Source: an uncultured Acidobacteriota bacterium
GTDB lineage: Bacteria; Acidobacteriota; Thermoanaerobaculia; UBA5066; DATFVB01
Assembly (NCBI GenBank): GCA_963813155.1
Contig: CAWEYG010000002.1
Location: 448,001-512,000 of the forward strand
Reading direction: 5' to 3'
DNA length: 64,000 bases
The translations under genes and the position numbers were made by a program. This document shows positions 38,164-48,333 of the stretch, piece after piece (position 1 is the first letter of the stretch; every line of letters begins with the position of its first letter). The notes beneath the pieces were generated by a model, which made no database searches, was not told where the DNA came from, and saw nothing but the letters and a program-made list of their open reading frames with translations.

Positions 38164-39795
38164 TCAGCGCCGCTTCTTCTTGATCGTCAGCGTCGCCGTC
38201 TTCGTCACACCCGCGTAGGTCGCCGAGATCGTCGCCGTCCCGGAATTCACGATTTTCGACGAGACCGTGAACGTCGCCGACGCCGAGCCCGCCGGAATCG
38301 TCACGCTCGCGGGTACCGTCGCGTCGAGCGTGTTCGAGCTCGCGAGCTTGACCACCGCGCCCGCGCCGGCGGCTCTCCCGTTCAGGGCGACCGTCCCGGT
38401 CGACGCCCCGCCTGGAGCGACAGACGCCGGGTTGAGCGAAAGGGACGCGAGCGCGGCCGGCGTGACCGAGACGCTTGCCTGGCGGGAATCTCCGTTGTAG
38501 CCCGCGAGGACCGTTCCCGGCGCCGGCGAGGCGACCCCGGAGGTCGCGACGGAAAAGCTCGCCGCCGTCGCTCCCGCCGGCACGGTGACGCTCGCGGGCA
38601 CGGAGACGGGGCCCGTCGAAGACAGCGTCACGAGAGCTCCTCCCGCGGGAGCCGCGGCATCGAGGCCGACCCTCCCCGTCGCCGTGTTGCCGCCGACGAC
38701 CGTCGTGGGCGAGATCGAAAGCGAGCTCAGGCGGGCGGGCGTCGACGACGACGGGTTCCATCCGAGCTGGACGACCTCGAAATCGCCCGCCGTCAGGCCG
38801 GAGAAAGCGGGGTTCAGGATGTCGTTGTTCCAATTCACGTCGTAGGTGCCGGTCACGTACATGTCGGAGCCGTTGTCGGCGACGATCAGGCCGTAGCGCT
38901 TCATCGCTCGAAAGATCTTCTGCATTTCGGGCGTGAATCCGGAAATGTCCTTGCCCGCCTTCAAGCGGAGCCGGGCGCCCATCGGAAGCGCGCCGGACGT
39001 CGAGCCCGCGCGGTGAGACGCGGGATACACATAGCCATTCGTCGACCGCACGGTCACCCGGAAAGCATGCCCGATGTCCGCGAGGTTCGTTCCGTAGGCG
39101 TTGTAAACCTCGTCGTAACGGACGAGGCCCGGGACGATCGCGAGGCCCGCGGCGTCCGCCGAAGTCCATCCGTCGGGGCGGCGGCCGTTGGCGGTCATGT
39201 CGAAGAACGCCCCCGACCCGGCCTGCCACCCGCTCCCGTCGAACCACACGTTGTACAGCTCGTAGAGATACCGGTTGTCGCGGTCGAGAATCAGGAGATG
39301 ACGATCCTCGCTGTCCCTCTGATCCACATTGCCCGGTGCGCCGCCCTCGACCCAGTGCGGCTGCGTGATCGCCTCCACCGGAATCGGATAGAACGGAAAG
39401 CTCGTGTTCGTCGAGTGGTCGACGCCGTCGCTCTCGTCGGAGTACTGGAACTCCACGGAAACTTTCGGCTGCGTCCCGTCGACGACGACATACGGCATGC
39501 CATAGACGTCGGTGCTGCCCGGGGAGACGTCCCCCCCGAAGTCGGGATGGAGGTGGCGGGTGCCTCCGTTGTTGATGAAGGCGATGAACGCCGCGGAGGC
39601 CGGATCCACCGGAGCGCCGCTGACGTCGAGATTCCACCAGTTCGTCGGCGGAAAGAGCGGCAACGGCTGAGGAACGGGACCGCCCTCGACCGGCCCGATC
39701 CCGGCGGCCCGCGCCTCGCGGGAAGAGAGGCTCGCGAAGCCGAGCACGATCAGGAAAGAGAGAACGAAGATTCCCGCGCGACGGGCTCTGTCCAT
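38164..39795 (-). CDS. Secreted protein: conserved domain of unknown function plus two C-terminal beta-sandwich repeats
   Basis: Signal peptide, DRHLLILD and WTSADAAGLAIVPGLVRYDEV. Repeats LSISPTTVVGG / LSLNPASVAPG each carry VPASVT. Confidence 0.8.
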   Translation of the reverse strand: MDRARRAGIFVLSFLIVLGFASLSSREARAAGIGPVEGGPVPQPLPLFPPTNWWNLDVSGAPVDPASAAFIAFINNGGTRHLHPDFGGDVSPGSTDVYGMPYVVVDGTQPKVSVEFQYSDESDGVDHSTNTSFPFYPIPVEAITQPHWVEGGAPGNVDQRDSEDRHLLILDRDNRYLYELYNVWFDGSGWQAGSGAFFDMTANGRRPDGWTSADAAGLAIVPGLVRYDEVYNAYGTNLADIGHAFRVTVRSTNGYVYPASHRAGSTSGALPMGARLRLKAGKDISGFTPEMQKIFRAMKRYGLIVADNGSDMYVTGTYDVNWNNDILNPAFSGLTAGDFEVVQLGWNPSSSTPARLSSLSISPTTVVGGNTATGRVGLDAAAPAGGALVTLSSTGPVSVPASVTVPAGATAASFSVATSGVASPAPGTVLAGYNGDSRQASVSVTPAALASLSLNPASVAPGGASTGTVALNGRAAGAGAVVKLASSNTLDATVPASVTIPAGSASATFTVSSKIVNSGTATISATYAGVTKTATLTIKKKRR

Positions 39796-39933
39796 GGGCG
39801 CCTCCTCATGAGGGCGGCGCCTTTCGAAGTTCCGCTGCGTTGCTGCTGCGCGGCAACCCAACCGCTCTTCGACGTCTCGCGCCGCCGGTCAGGAGGATCA
39901 TACTCCTCCCGCCGGGTGTCGCGGAAAAGAACG

Positions 39934-40953
39934 CTAGCCGTTGACCTCCACGCGATCGCCCCCGAGCCGCCCGGCGTTTTCCGCCGCGGCCTCCGCGAGG
40001 GCGATCAGCGCCTCCGCGCTGTCGTCGCCCGGTCCGCCGCTCAGGGCGACCCCGAGACTCATCGTCGCCGGGATCGCCCCGGAGGCGAGATCGACGGGCC
40101 GCTCTCCGACGGCCGTCCGAATCCTCGCGGAGGTGAAGACCGCTCCTTCGCGCCCCGTCGAGGGGAGGACCGCGACGAACTGCTCTTCGCCCCCCCGGCC
40201 GATCGCGTCGGAATGACGCACGCAGGAGCGCACGCGCTGCGCGATCTCCGCGAGAAAGGCCTCGCGTTCTCCGGGTTCCTTCGGCTGCCGCTCGGAAAAG
40301 CGGTCGATCTTCGCGAAGAGAACGGCCACGAAGTTCTGCTCGCGGCGAGCCTGGGAGAGCTCCCGATCGAGGATCTCGACGATTCCCCGCCGCGTCCAGA
40401 GGCCCGTCAGCGGGTCCACGAGATGGCGAGCGCCGGCCGTCAGGATCTCCAGCTGCGCGCGTGTGAGACGCGAGACCTGGAGCTCGTCCTGCACGAAGCT
40501 CGCAAGATCGCGCAGCGCCTGAAGGTCGCCGGGCGCCATTTCCCGCGGAGAAACGTCGGCGATCGCGAGCGCCCCCAGCCGGTGCCCGTCGGGAGACTTC
40601 AGCGGATGGGCGGCGTAGAAACGGATGTACGGCGGACCGCCGACCCAGGGATGATCGAAAAATCTCTCGTCCTCGCGGGCGTCGGTGACCACGAGCGTCT
40701 CGTCGGAAAGAATGGCGTGTGCGCAAAAGGAGAGATCCCGCGGCGTTTCCGCGGCCGTGATTCCCTGCCGCGACTTGAACCACTGCCGCTCCTGATCGAC
40801 GAGAGAGACCATCGAGATCGGTACGCCGAACACCCGCTTCGCGACCCGCGTGACGCGATCGAACCGTTCTTCGGCCGGCGTGTCGAGGATTCGGAGAGAC
40901 CGCACGGCGACGAGCCTCGCCTCCTCGTCCTGGGGAAGTGGAGCTTTCTTCAC
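39934..40953 (-). CDS. GAF + degenerate GGDEF protein
   Basis: ILDTPAEERFDR, SFCAHAI and IRFYA GAF domain; DPLTGLWTRR; the active site reads GRGGEEQF. Confidence 0.85.
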   Translation of the reverse strand: MKKAPLPQDEEARLVAVRSLRILDTPAEERFDRVTRVAKRVFGVPISMVSLVDQERQWFKSRQGITAAETPRDLSFCAHAILSDETLVVTDAREDERFFDHPWVGGPPYIRFYAAHPLKSPDGHRLGALAIADVSPREMAPGDLQALRDLASFVQDELQVSRLTRAQLEILTAGARHLVDPLTGLWTRRGIVEILDRELSQARREQNFVAVLFAKIDRFSERQPKEPGEREAFLAEIAQRVRSCVRHSDAIGRGGEEQFVAVLPSTGREGAVFTSARIRTAVGERPVDLASGAIPATMSLGVALSGGPGDDSAEALIALAEAAAENAGRLGGDRVEVNG

Positions 40954-41002
40954 GACTTTCCGTCATTCTAGCAGATCGTCGCCGATGAGCTACGATTCGA
41001 CC

Positions 41003-42250
41003 ATGGTCGCCGAGCGCCCGCATGCCGGCGCGAATCCCGACTCTCCGTTGCGCGGGGCGCGCGCGGCCCTGCTGCTCCTGACGGCCGTCAATCTTCTGAA
41101 CTATCTCGACCGCTACGTCGTGTCGGCGCTCGTCGAGAGCCTTCGACACTCCGAGCTTCATCTGTCCGACCCGCAGCTCGGCCTCCTCATGAGCTCCTTC
41201 CTCGTCTTCTACCTCGCCGCGTCGCCGATCTTCGGCGTCTGGGGGGACCGCGGATCCCGTCCGAGGCTCATCGCCGCCGGCGTCGCGCTCTGGAGCGGCG
41301 CCACCTCCCTGGCGGGGTTCGCGCAAAGCTTCCGCCACCTCCTTTTCGCGCGGTCGGCCGTGGGCATTGGAGAAGCTTCGTACGGAACGATCGCGCCGGC
41401 GCTTCTCTCCGACGCCTTCCCGGAGAACCGCCGGGGCCTCGTGATGTCGGTCTTCTACTCGGCGCTCCCGGTCGGGGCGGCGGCCGGCTACATCGCGGGC
41501 GGCCTGATCGACCGCCGGTTCGGCTGGAGGGCGGCGTTTCTGCTGGTGGGTTGTCCGGGGTTGATCCTTTCGTACCTCGTCTCGCGTCTCCCCGACTTCC
41601 CGCGCGCGGCCGCGACGGGAACGCCGGGCGCCCTTTCTTCGTTCGCGGGCCTGATCCGCAATCGCCCGTACCGGCTCACCGTGCTGGGATACGCCGCGTA
41701 CACGTTCGCGCTCGGAGCTCTCGCGTTCTGGACTCCGGCCTTTCTCGAGCGGGCGCGGGGGATGACGCGGGCGCAGGCGACGGTGCAGTTCGGGGTGATC
41801 GTCGTCGCGACGGGGTTCGCGGGCACCTTCGCGGGAGGCTGGCTCGCCGACTCGCTCCGCCGGAGAACCGCCCGGTCCGACCTGTGGGTCGCCGGCATCG
41901 CGACCCTCTCGGCGGTGCCGGTCGTCTGGGTCGCGTTCTCGACACAGAACCGGACCGTCTCCCTCGCCGCGATCACTCTTGCGGAGGTCCTCCTGTTTCT
42001 TCCCACCGGGCCCGCGAACGCCGCGATTCTCGGCGCGGCTCCGCCCGATCGGCGGGCGACGGCGATGGCCCTTTCGATTTTCGCGATCCATCTCCTCGGC
42101 GACGTTCCATCCCCCGTGCTGCTCGGCCTCCTGTCCCAGGCGACCTCCCTGCAGACCGCGTTTCGCTGGCTGCCGGCGCCGATCCTCCTGGCCGGCGTCA
42201 CGTGGTGCTACGCGGCCTCCCGCGGGGGCGGTTCCGCCCCGACTCACTAG
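41003..42250 (+). CDS. MFS transporter, spinster-like
   Basis: NLLNYLDR, VGIGEAS, GWRAAF and HLLGD. Confidence 0.88.
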   Translation: MVAERPHAGANPDSPLRGARAALLLLTAVNLLNYLDRYVVSALVESLRHSELHLSDPQLGLLMSSFLVFYLAASPIFGVWGDRGSRPRLIAAGVALWSGATSLAGFAQSFRHLLFARSAVGIGEASYGTIAPALLSDAFPENRRGLVMSVFYSALPVGAAAGYIAGGLIDRRFGWRAAFLLVGCPGLILSYLVSRLPDFPRAAATGTPGALSSFAGLIRNRPYRLTVLGYAAYTFALGALAFWTPAFLERARGMTRAQATVQFGVIVVATGFAGTFAGGWLADSLRRRTARSDLWVAGIATLSAVPVVWVAFSTQNRTVSLAAITLAEVLLFLPTGPANAAILGAAPPDRRATAMALSIFAIHLLGDVPSPVLLGLLSQATSLQTAFRWLPAPILLAGVTWCYAASRGGGSAPTH

Positions 42251-42297
42251 AAAAACGCCGGTATCCCGATTAAGATGGGCCCATCAAAGGAATCCCG

Positions 42298-42924
42298 ATG
42301 AACCCTGGGAAATTTGCCCGCCTCTCCGCCCTCGCGGCGGTCCTGGCGTTGCCCGCGATCGCGCATGCGGGGCGGGAAGCGCGGCTGACCATCGCCCTCG
42401 TCGGCGAAAACGGCGCTCCCGTCGGGGACGCCTCCGTGCTCGTCACGACGCCGAACCTCGGGAGCTATCGAAAGTCCCTGAAGACCGACGCGAGCGGGCA
42501 CGTCAACCTGGTTCTCATCGACGCGGACTGGCGCTATGTCGTGCGCGGCGACAAGTCGGGGTTCGTGCCGAGCCAGACGGAAGTCCAGGTGCCGCCGGGC
42601 GGCGCTCGAACCGTTTCGCTCACGCTTCACCCGCCGGTGGACGCTTCGGCCGAGAGCGCGAGCCCCGATGACCCGGAAGCGCTGTTCAATTCCGGGATGA
42701 AGCTCTACAACGCGGGCGATTTCCGGGCCGCCGGCGCGGCGTTCGCCCGAGCGACCCAGGTCAAACGCGACGCGGCGAAGAACTATTACTGGCTCGCGAT
42801 GTGCGAGATGAAAATGAAACGCTATGCCGAGAGCAAAGCGACGCTCCAGCGCTACCTCCAGATGGCCCCCGACGGCGACCTCGCGAAGTCGGCCCGCGAA
42901 ATGCTCGCCTCCCTCCCGAAGTAG
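42298..42924 (+). CDS. Secreted carboxypeptidase-regulatory-like domain + TPR protein
   Basis: Signal peptide, KTDASG beta-sandwich and C-terminal TPRs. Confidence 0.75.
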   Translation: MNPGKFARLSALAAVLALPAIAHAGREARLTIALVGENGAPVGDASVLVTTPNLGSYRKSLKTDASGHVNLVLIDADWRYVVRGDKSGFVPSQTEVQVPPGGARTVSLTLHPPVDASAESASPDDPEALFNSGMKLYNAGDFRAAGAAFARATQVKRDAAKNYYWLAMCEMKMKRYAESKATLQRYLQMAPDGDLAKSAREMLASLPK

Positions 42925-42964
42925 AGAAACGCTAAGATAGGCGGTTCCAATGGAGGGACTCCGA

Positions 42965-45690
42965 ATGCGGTATGCCCCGGTGCGCGAACAATTCGACCCG
43001 ATTCTCCCCCACGTCGAAAAGCCGGGGCGGTATCTGGGTCTCGAGCGCAACGTGATTCGCAAGGATCTCGCGGCCGCGTCTGTCGACGCTCGCGCTCGCG
43101 TTTCCCGACACCTACGAGATCGGCATGTCGCACACGGGCTTGAAAATCCTGTACGAGATCGTCAACCGCCGTCCGGAGTGGGCCTGCGAGCGGGCCTACG
43201 CGCCGTGGGTGGATTTCGAGGCGCGGATGCGCGAGAAGGGAATTCCCCTCTTCACCGTCGAGTCGTTTTCGCCGGTCACCGACTTCGACGCGGTGGGATT
43301 TTCGCTGCAGGCGGAGGTCAATTACTCCAACGTTCTGAACATGCTCGACCTGGCGGGCATCCCGGTGCTCCAGAGCGAGCGCCGCGAAACCGATCCGATC
43401 GTCCTCGGCGGCGGCCCGTGCACCGCGAACCCCGAGCCGCTCGCGATGTTCTTCGACGCGTTCCTGATCGGCGACGCGGAAGAGGCGTTGCCGATTTTCC
43501 TGGAAGAGCTGACCCGGTGGAAACTCGGGCCGCGCTCCACGCAGGCAGGTCTTCGAGATCCCGAGGGAAAGCGAACTGCGGCCGAGGGTCGAGAAGACTC
43601 TGCCGAGCGGAGCGCGGCAGCCGGGCTCTCCCGATCAGACTTTCTCTGGAAACTCTCGCAGATCCCCGGCTTCTACGTCCCCTCCCTGTACGACGTCGAC
43701 TACAACGACGACGGCACGATCGCGCGAATCGCCCCGAACCGCCCGGGCGTCCCGGAAAAGGCGAAGCGGGTCTGGGTCGAGAAGCTCTCGGCCGAGGCGT
43801 ACCCCGAAAAGCCGATCGTGCCTTCCGTCGACATCGTCCAGGACCGCCTCGGGCTCGAGATCATGCGCGGCTGCACGCAGGGGTGCCGGTTCTGCCAGGC
43901 GGGCTACTGGTACCGTCCCGTTCGCGAGCTCGATCCCGACGCCGTCGCATCGATGACGAAGAGGTTCATCGACGAGACGGGCTGGTCGGAAGTCGGGCTT
44001 CTTTCGCTTTCGACCGCGGATTATTCGCAGATCGAGCCGCTCGTCTCCTGCCTCGCTCCGCAGCTCTCGGAGCAGCGCGTGTCGATCTCGCTCCCGTCCC
44101 TTCGCGCGGAGGCGTTCTCCGTCGGCCTCGCCGAAGCGGTGTCGGAGGTCCGCAAGTCGGGCTTCACGTTCGCGCCGGAAACCGGCTCCGACCGCCTCCG
44201 CCGGGTCATCAACAAGACGTTCACGAACGCCGACATGGTGCAGGCGGCCGACGCCGCGTTTTCCCGCGGGTGGGACCTGATCAAGGTCTACACGATGATC
44301 GGCCTCCCGACCGAAACGGAATCCGACCTCGACGAGCTCGTGACGCTCGTGCGCGAACATTCTCGCGCAGGGCCGGAAGCACGGCCGCAAGGGAGTGAAC
44401 GTGTCGGTCGGATCGTTCGTCCCGAAGTCGTGGACGCCCTTCCAGTGGTCCGAGTTCGACGGCGTCGAAAAGCTGCGCGAGAAGATCCGCTATCTCCAGG
44501 CGAAGTTCCGGAACGTCCGCGGCGCGAAGATGAAGAACCACTCCGCCGAGGAAGCGGAAATCGAGTGCGCGCTCTCGCGCGGCGACCGCCGGATGGGAAC
44601 GGTCCTGCTCGAGGCCTGGAAACGCGGCGCCAAGTTCGACGGATGGAGCGAGCATTTCCGGTACGCCACGTGGCACGAGGCGTTTTCCGCGTGCGGAATC
44701 TCGCCGCGCCAGTACCTGCGCGCCTACTCGCAGGACGAGATCCTTCCCTGGGACGTGCTCGATGCCGCGCTCACGAAGAAATTCCTGAAGATCGAATGGA
44801 TCAAGGCCGTGCACGAGCGCGAGACCGACGACTGCAAGTGGGGGCATTGCTACGCGTGCGGAGTTCCGGGCAACGGCGAGGACACGGTGCTCGCCTCGCC
44901 GATGCTGAGCACGCTGCCGGTCTCCGGCGCCGCGCCGGGCCTCCTGCCTTCGCTTCCCGCGGCGCCGTTGCCGGCCGCCCCGTCGCCCGCGGCCTACGTC
45001 GAGAAAGCGAAGGGCGCGGCTTACCGCCAGAAGGCGATGCCGGACGTTCCCCGGGCCGCGAAAGTCCGTCCCGGTTTCCCGACCGGTTCGCCGGCGCCCC
45101 GGCGCAAACAGCGAATCACGTTCACGAAGCTCGGCGACGCGCGCTTCCTGTCCCACCGGAACACGATGGACGCGTTCGAGCGCGGCATCCGCGCGTCGGG
45201 ACTGCCCGCGAGCTACTCGGAGGGATTCAATCCCCGCATGCGCCTTTCGATGGGTCCGGCGCTCGCGCTCGGCCTCGAGTCGCGCCAGGAAGTGTTCGAC
45301 CTCGAGTCCGCCTCCGAGCTTCCGCAGGACGCCGCGGGCCGGATCAACGCCCGGCTCCCGGACGGTCTTCGCGTGACCCGCGTCGAGGAGCTCTCTCCGG
45401 GCGCCCCGCCGCTCTCGAAGGCGATCCGCTCCGCCGAGTACTCGGTCCGCCTCGACTCCGGTCTCGCCGACCGGGCGCGCCGGCTCGTCGAAGGTCCGCG
45501 GCCCGCGATCCCGGCGCTGACCGCGCTCCGGCTCGACGAAACCGGAGAACACCTGCGCTTCGCGGTCAACCTCGACCCGGCGGCGGGCGAGACCGCCTCG
45601 GCCAAGCAGATCGTCGGATCGCTCTTCGATTTTCCGCCCGAGGAGATCGTCTCGCTGTCGATCACGCGCGAGGCGATGGTTCTCGGCTGA
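42965..45690 (+). CDS. B12-binding radical SAM protein (TIGR03960 type) fused to a radical SAM-linked DUF2344 domain; two frameshifts (~43085, ~44355)
   Basis: VEKPGRYLG, FPDTYEIGMS, RGCTQGCRFCQAG, TFAPETGS, FVPKSWTPFQW, RFLSH and YSEGFNP. Confidence 0.88.
43529..43618 (+). repeat. Palindromic repeat family B, copy 1: 90-bp in-frame insertion within a CDS
   Basis: Terminal arms GCCGCGCTCC/GGAGCGCGGC. The 38-bp core 43555-43592 is identical to the other two copies. Confidence 0.88.
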
Positions 45691-45700
45691 CGGCGGCCGA

Positions 45701-46072
45701 ATGCCCTACCGAGTCACCGTCGAGGCCCGGTTCGAGGCAGCGCACGCGCTCCTCCACTACCGGGGCCAGCCGGAGCCGCTGCACGGCCACTCCTACCGCG
45801 TGGAAGTCGTGATCGAGGCTTCGCGCCTCGACGCGGACGACCTCGCCGCCGACTTCGTCGCCGCGAAACAGCTCGTCCGCGAAATCGCGGCGGAGCTCGA
45901 CTACCGCAATCTCAACGATCACCCGGAGTTCGCGGGAAAGAACACGTCGGCCGAGAACCTCGCCCGGCACTTCGCCGACCGGGTGGAGCGCTCGGCGAAG
46001 CTCTCGCCTGCACGCGTCGCCGAGGTCACCGTTTGGGAAGGCCCGGAGAACCGGGCGACCTACCGGCCCTGA
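45701..46072 (+). CDS. queD: 6-carboxy-tetrahydropterin synthase (QueD/PTPS family)
   Basis: FEAAH, LHGHSYRVEV, TSAENLA and VWE. Confidence 0.8.
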   Translation: MPYRVTVEARFEAAHALLHYRGQPEPLHGHSYRVEVVIEASRLDADDLAADFVAAKQLVREIAAELDYRNLNDHPEFAGKNTSAENLARHFADRVERSAKLSPARVAEVTVWEGPENRATYRP

Positions 46073-46547
46073 TTTCGAGCGCCATGTACCGGACCCCGGG
46101 GACGGGATTGAACGCGTAGGGCGGAGTGTCCCGGAATCCGAGGCGTCCGTAGAGCGCCTGCGCCTCGCCCATGCTCGGGAGCGTGTCGAGGACGATCCGG
46201 CTGTAACCGGCCGAAGCGGCCTCGGAAAGGATGAGCCGGACGAGGCGGCCTCCGAACCCGCGGCCCCGGAATTCGGGCCGCACGAAGAGGCGCTTCATCT
46301 CGCCGGTGCGCTCGTCGACCGGGCGCAGGCCGACGGTGCCCGCGAACCCGCCGTCGGCCAGCGCGAGGAACAGGCGTCCGCGGGGCGGAGCGTAATCGCC
46401 GGGAAGCGACGCGAGCTCCTTTTCGAACGACTGGAAACAGAGATCGACGCCGATCGAACGCTGATACTCGAGAAAGAGCTCCCGGGTCCGGTCGAGCAGG
46501 GCCGGGGTATCGGGGTAAATCGTCTCGAGTGCCGACTCTTCGCTCAT
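46026..46547 (-). CDS. GNAT N-acetyltransferase
   Basis: CFQSFEKELASLPGDY, EMKRLFVRPEFRGRGFG and LDTLPSM. Confidence 0.9.
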   Translation of the reverse strand: MSEESALETIYPDTPALLDRTRELFLEYQRSIGVDLCFQSFEKELASLPGDYAPPRGRLFLALADGGFAGTVGLRPVDERTGEMKRLFVRPEFRGRGFGGRLVRLILSEAASAGYSRIVLDTLPSMGEAQALYGRLGFRDTPPYAFNPVPGVRYMALEIRAGRSPGSPGLPKR

Positions 46548-46587
46548 GGTGAAAGCACCATTCTAGCGAAGGAAAAATCAGTCCACT

Positions 46588-47643
46588 TCAGTCCGCGAGC
46601 GCACCCCGGCGACCATACGGCCGAACCTTGAAGCCCCACCGGGGGACCGAGCGCCGGTAGGCGGCGTACTCGGGGGAAAAGCGCGAAGCGAGCGCGCGCT
46701 CTTCGTAGAGCACGACGAAGAGGTGGAACGCGACGAACACGCCGACCGCGTATTCGAGAAGGACGGCGCTCCGAAAGAGCCAGGCCTCCCCGAGAATCGC
46801 CGCGAGGACGCCGTTGTACATCGGGTTGCGCGTGTGGCGATAGAGCCCGGCGACGACGAGCCGCTTCGGGGGATCGACGGGAGCGAGCGTGCCCTGTCCC
46901 GTCGAGAAAAAATCCCACACGCAGCGAAGCACCACGGCGACTCCCGCGAGGAGCAGGAGAGCGCCGCCCGCCGACGAGGCGGAGAGTCGGGGCCGGATGA
47001 GGCCGTTGGAAGTGCGAAGGATGAGGAACGCAAAGTAGCCGCCGACGGTGCCCGGCAGGAGAAGGACGAAGGCGGCCGCGCGAAGGGCCAGCGCGAACGG
47101 GAACGCCGCGGAGGAATCTCGCATCGGGCGCCGATTCATCGCGGCGGGCGACCCGGGCCCTTCGGATTCCAGCGCGGAGGAGACCCACTGGCGGACCGCC
47201 GGCTGCAGCTCCGCGTAGGCCTCCCAGGCGGCGCGGGCCCATTCCTCGACCGCGCGATGGTGCTCCTCGGCCGACGACGCTCGGGCGACGTCGCCGATCG
47301 TCATCGCGCCGCGGGCGGCGGGAAAAGGCGGCCGGACGAGCTGCGGGTGGCTCTCCACCCAGCGCCGGATCGGCTCGCTCGGAGCCGCAAGGCTTCCCCC
47401 GTATTCGAGCGACCAGCAGAGGTGCCCGAGGTGCGCCGCGAGCGACTTGAACGACGCGCAGTACTGCTCGGGGTGCTGCACGCAGTAGACGTCGACGAAC
47501 AGGCGGTGGACCCCGAAGTAGGCGGCGTCGCTGAAGTGCCGCGCCAGCAGCTCGTCCCGGATCGCCTGGCAGCCCGCAGTCGCGCCCGAGACCTCGAGGC
47601 CGCAGCCGCCGCAGCGATCCGCGGGCCGTTGCAATGAGCTCAC
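46588..47643 (-). CDS. DUF5946-like domain in frame with an isoprenylcysteine/phospholipid methyltransferase domain
   Basis: N-terminal CGGCG, HRLFVDVYCVQHP and AHL; C-terminal GTLAPVDPP, GLYRHTRNPMY, EERAL and VPRW. Confidence 0.7.
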   Translation of the reverse strand: MSSLQRPADRCGGCGLEVSGATAGCQAIRDELLARHFSDAAYFGVHRLFVDVYCVQHPEQYCASFKSLAAHLGHLCWSLEYGGSLAAPSEPIRRWVESHPQLVRPPFPAARGAMTIGDVARASSAEEHHRAVEEWARAAWEAYAELQPAVRQWVSSALESEGPGSPAAMNRRPMRDSSAAFPFALALRAAAFVLLLPGTVGGYFAFLILRTSNGLIRPRLSASSAGGALLLLAGVAVVLRCVWDFFSTGQGTLAPVDPPKRLVVAGLYRHTRNPMYNGVLAAILGEAWLFRSAVLLEYAVGVFVAFHLFVVLYEERALASRFSPEYAAYRRSVPRWGFKVRPYGRRGALAD

Positions 47644-47652
47644 GAGCGCAGT

Positions 47653-48333
47653 TTATCTCGCGGCAGCCGATCGAGCGGCGCGCGTGTCCCGCGCGAAAGA
47701 AATCCCGGCCGCGATCATCCACACGGGAAGCGCGTAAGCCGCGACTCTCTCCATCCCTCCAACGCCGACTCCCAAGTAGTGTCCGGAGACGAAGAGCCCC
47801 ATCGCGAGCAGACCCGCGACGCCGAGGAGAACGGCAGAGTTCGCGAGCCCCGGGCGCCGGCCGTCACGGGCCAGCGCGCGGCCTAGCGGAATCATCCCGA
47901 GGTTGCCGAGAATGAGGATCGCCGCCGCGCCGAGCGCGTGGTATTTGAAATACACGTTTTCCGGGAACGCGCCGACGGCGATGTTGCCGAGGCCCCCGAC
48001 GACGAGACACCCGGCCCCTGCGGACCGGGCGAATCCCGGAGGAAACGCGCGGAAGAGGAGCAGCACGCCGACGGCAATGAGGAGCCCCTGCACCGCGAAG
48101 GACGCGTTCATCGCGGCGTGCCAGGGCGAGCACACGTATTTGGACGACCCGGCCGGGTAGGGCCCGCACGCCGTGTTCCCGAGGTCGCTGATGTAATTCC
48201 GGATCAGGCTGAATGGGCGCGTCCACGCCGATTGAGCGACCGCCTGCATCACGAAGAATTGAACGGCGCAGATCCACACGACGGCCCCGAGCCGGACCGC
48301 TCGTCCCGCTTTCGCTTCCGGATCTCGAGTCAC
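47653..48333 (-). CDS. DUF998 family membrane protein
   Basis: NYISDLG, SPWHAAMN, VGAFPEN and GGMERV. Confidence 0.8.
   Translation of the reverse strand: MTRDPEAKAGRAVRLGAVVWICAVQFFVMQAVAQSAWTRPFSLIRNYISDLGNTACGPYPAGSSKYVCSPWHAAMNASFAVQGLLIAVGVLLLFRAFPPGFARSAGAGCLVVGGLGNIAVGAFPENVYFKYHALGAAAILILGNLGMIPLGRALARDGRRPGLANSAVLLGVAGLLAMGLFVSGHYLGVGVGGMERVAAYALPVWMIAAGISFARDTRAARSAAAR

Noticed and set aside
43555-43592. Repeat core as a hammerhead or HDV ribozyme
   Set aside because: It has GAAA but no CUGAnGA, and no HDV-like nested pseudoknot is evident on either strand.
42965-46072. Radical SAM + queD as a 7-deazaguanine or RiPP cluster
   Set aside because: No queC, queE, tgt or dpd genes and no precursor peptide nearby; TIGR03960-type genes are widespread housekeeping-like loci.
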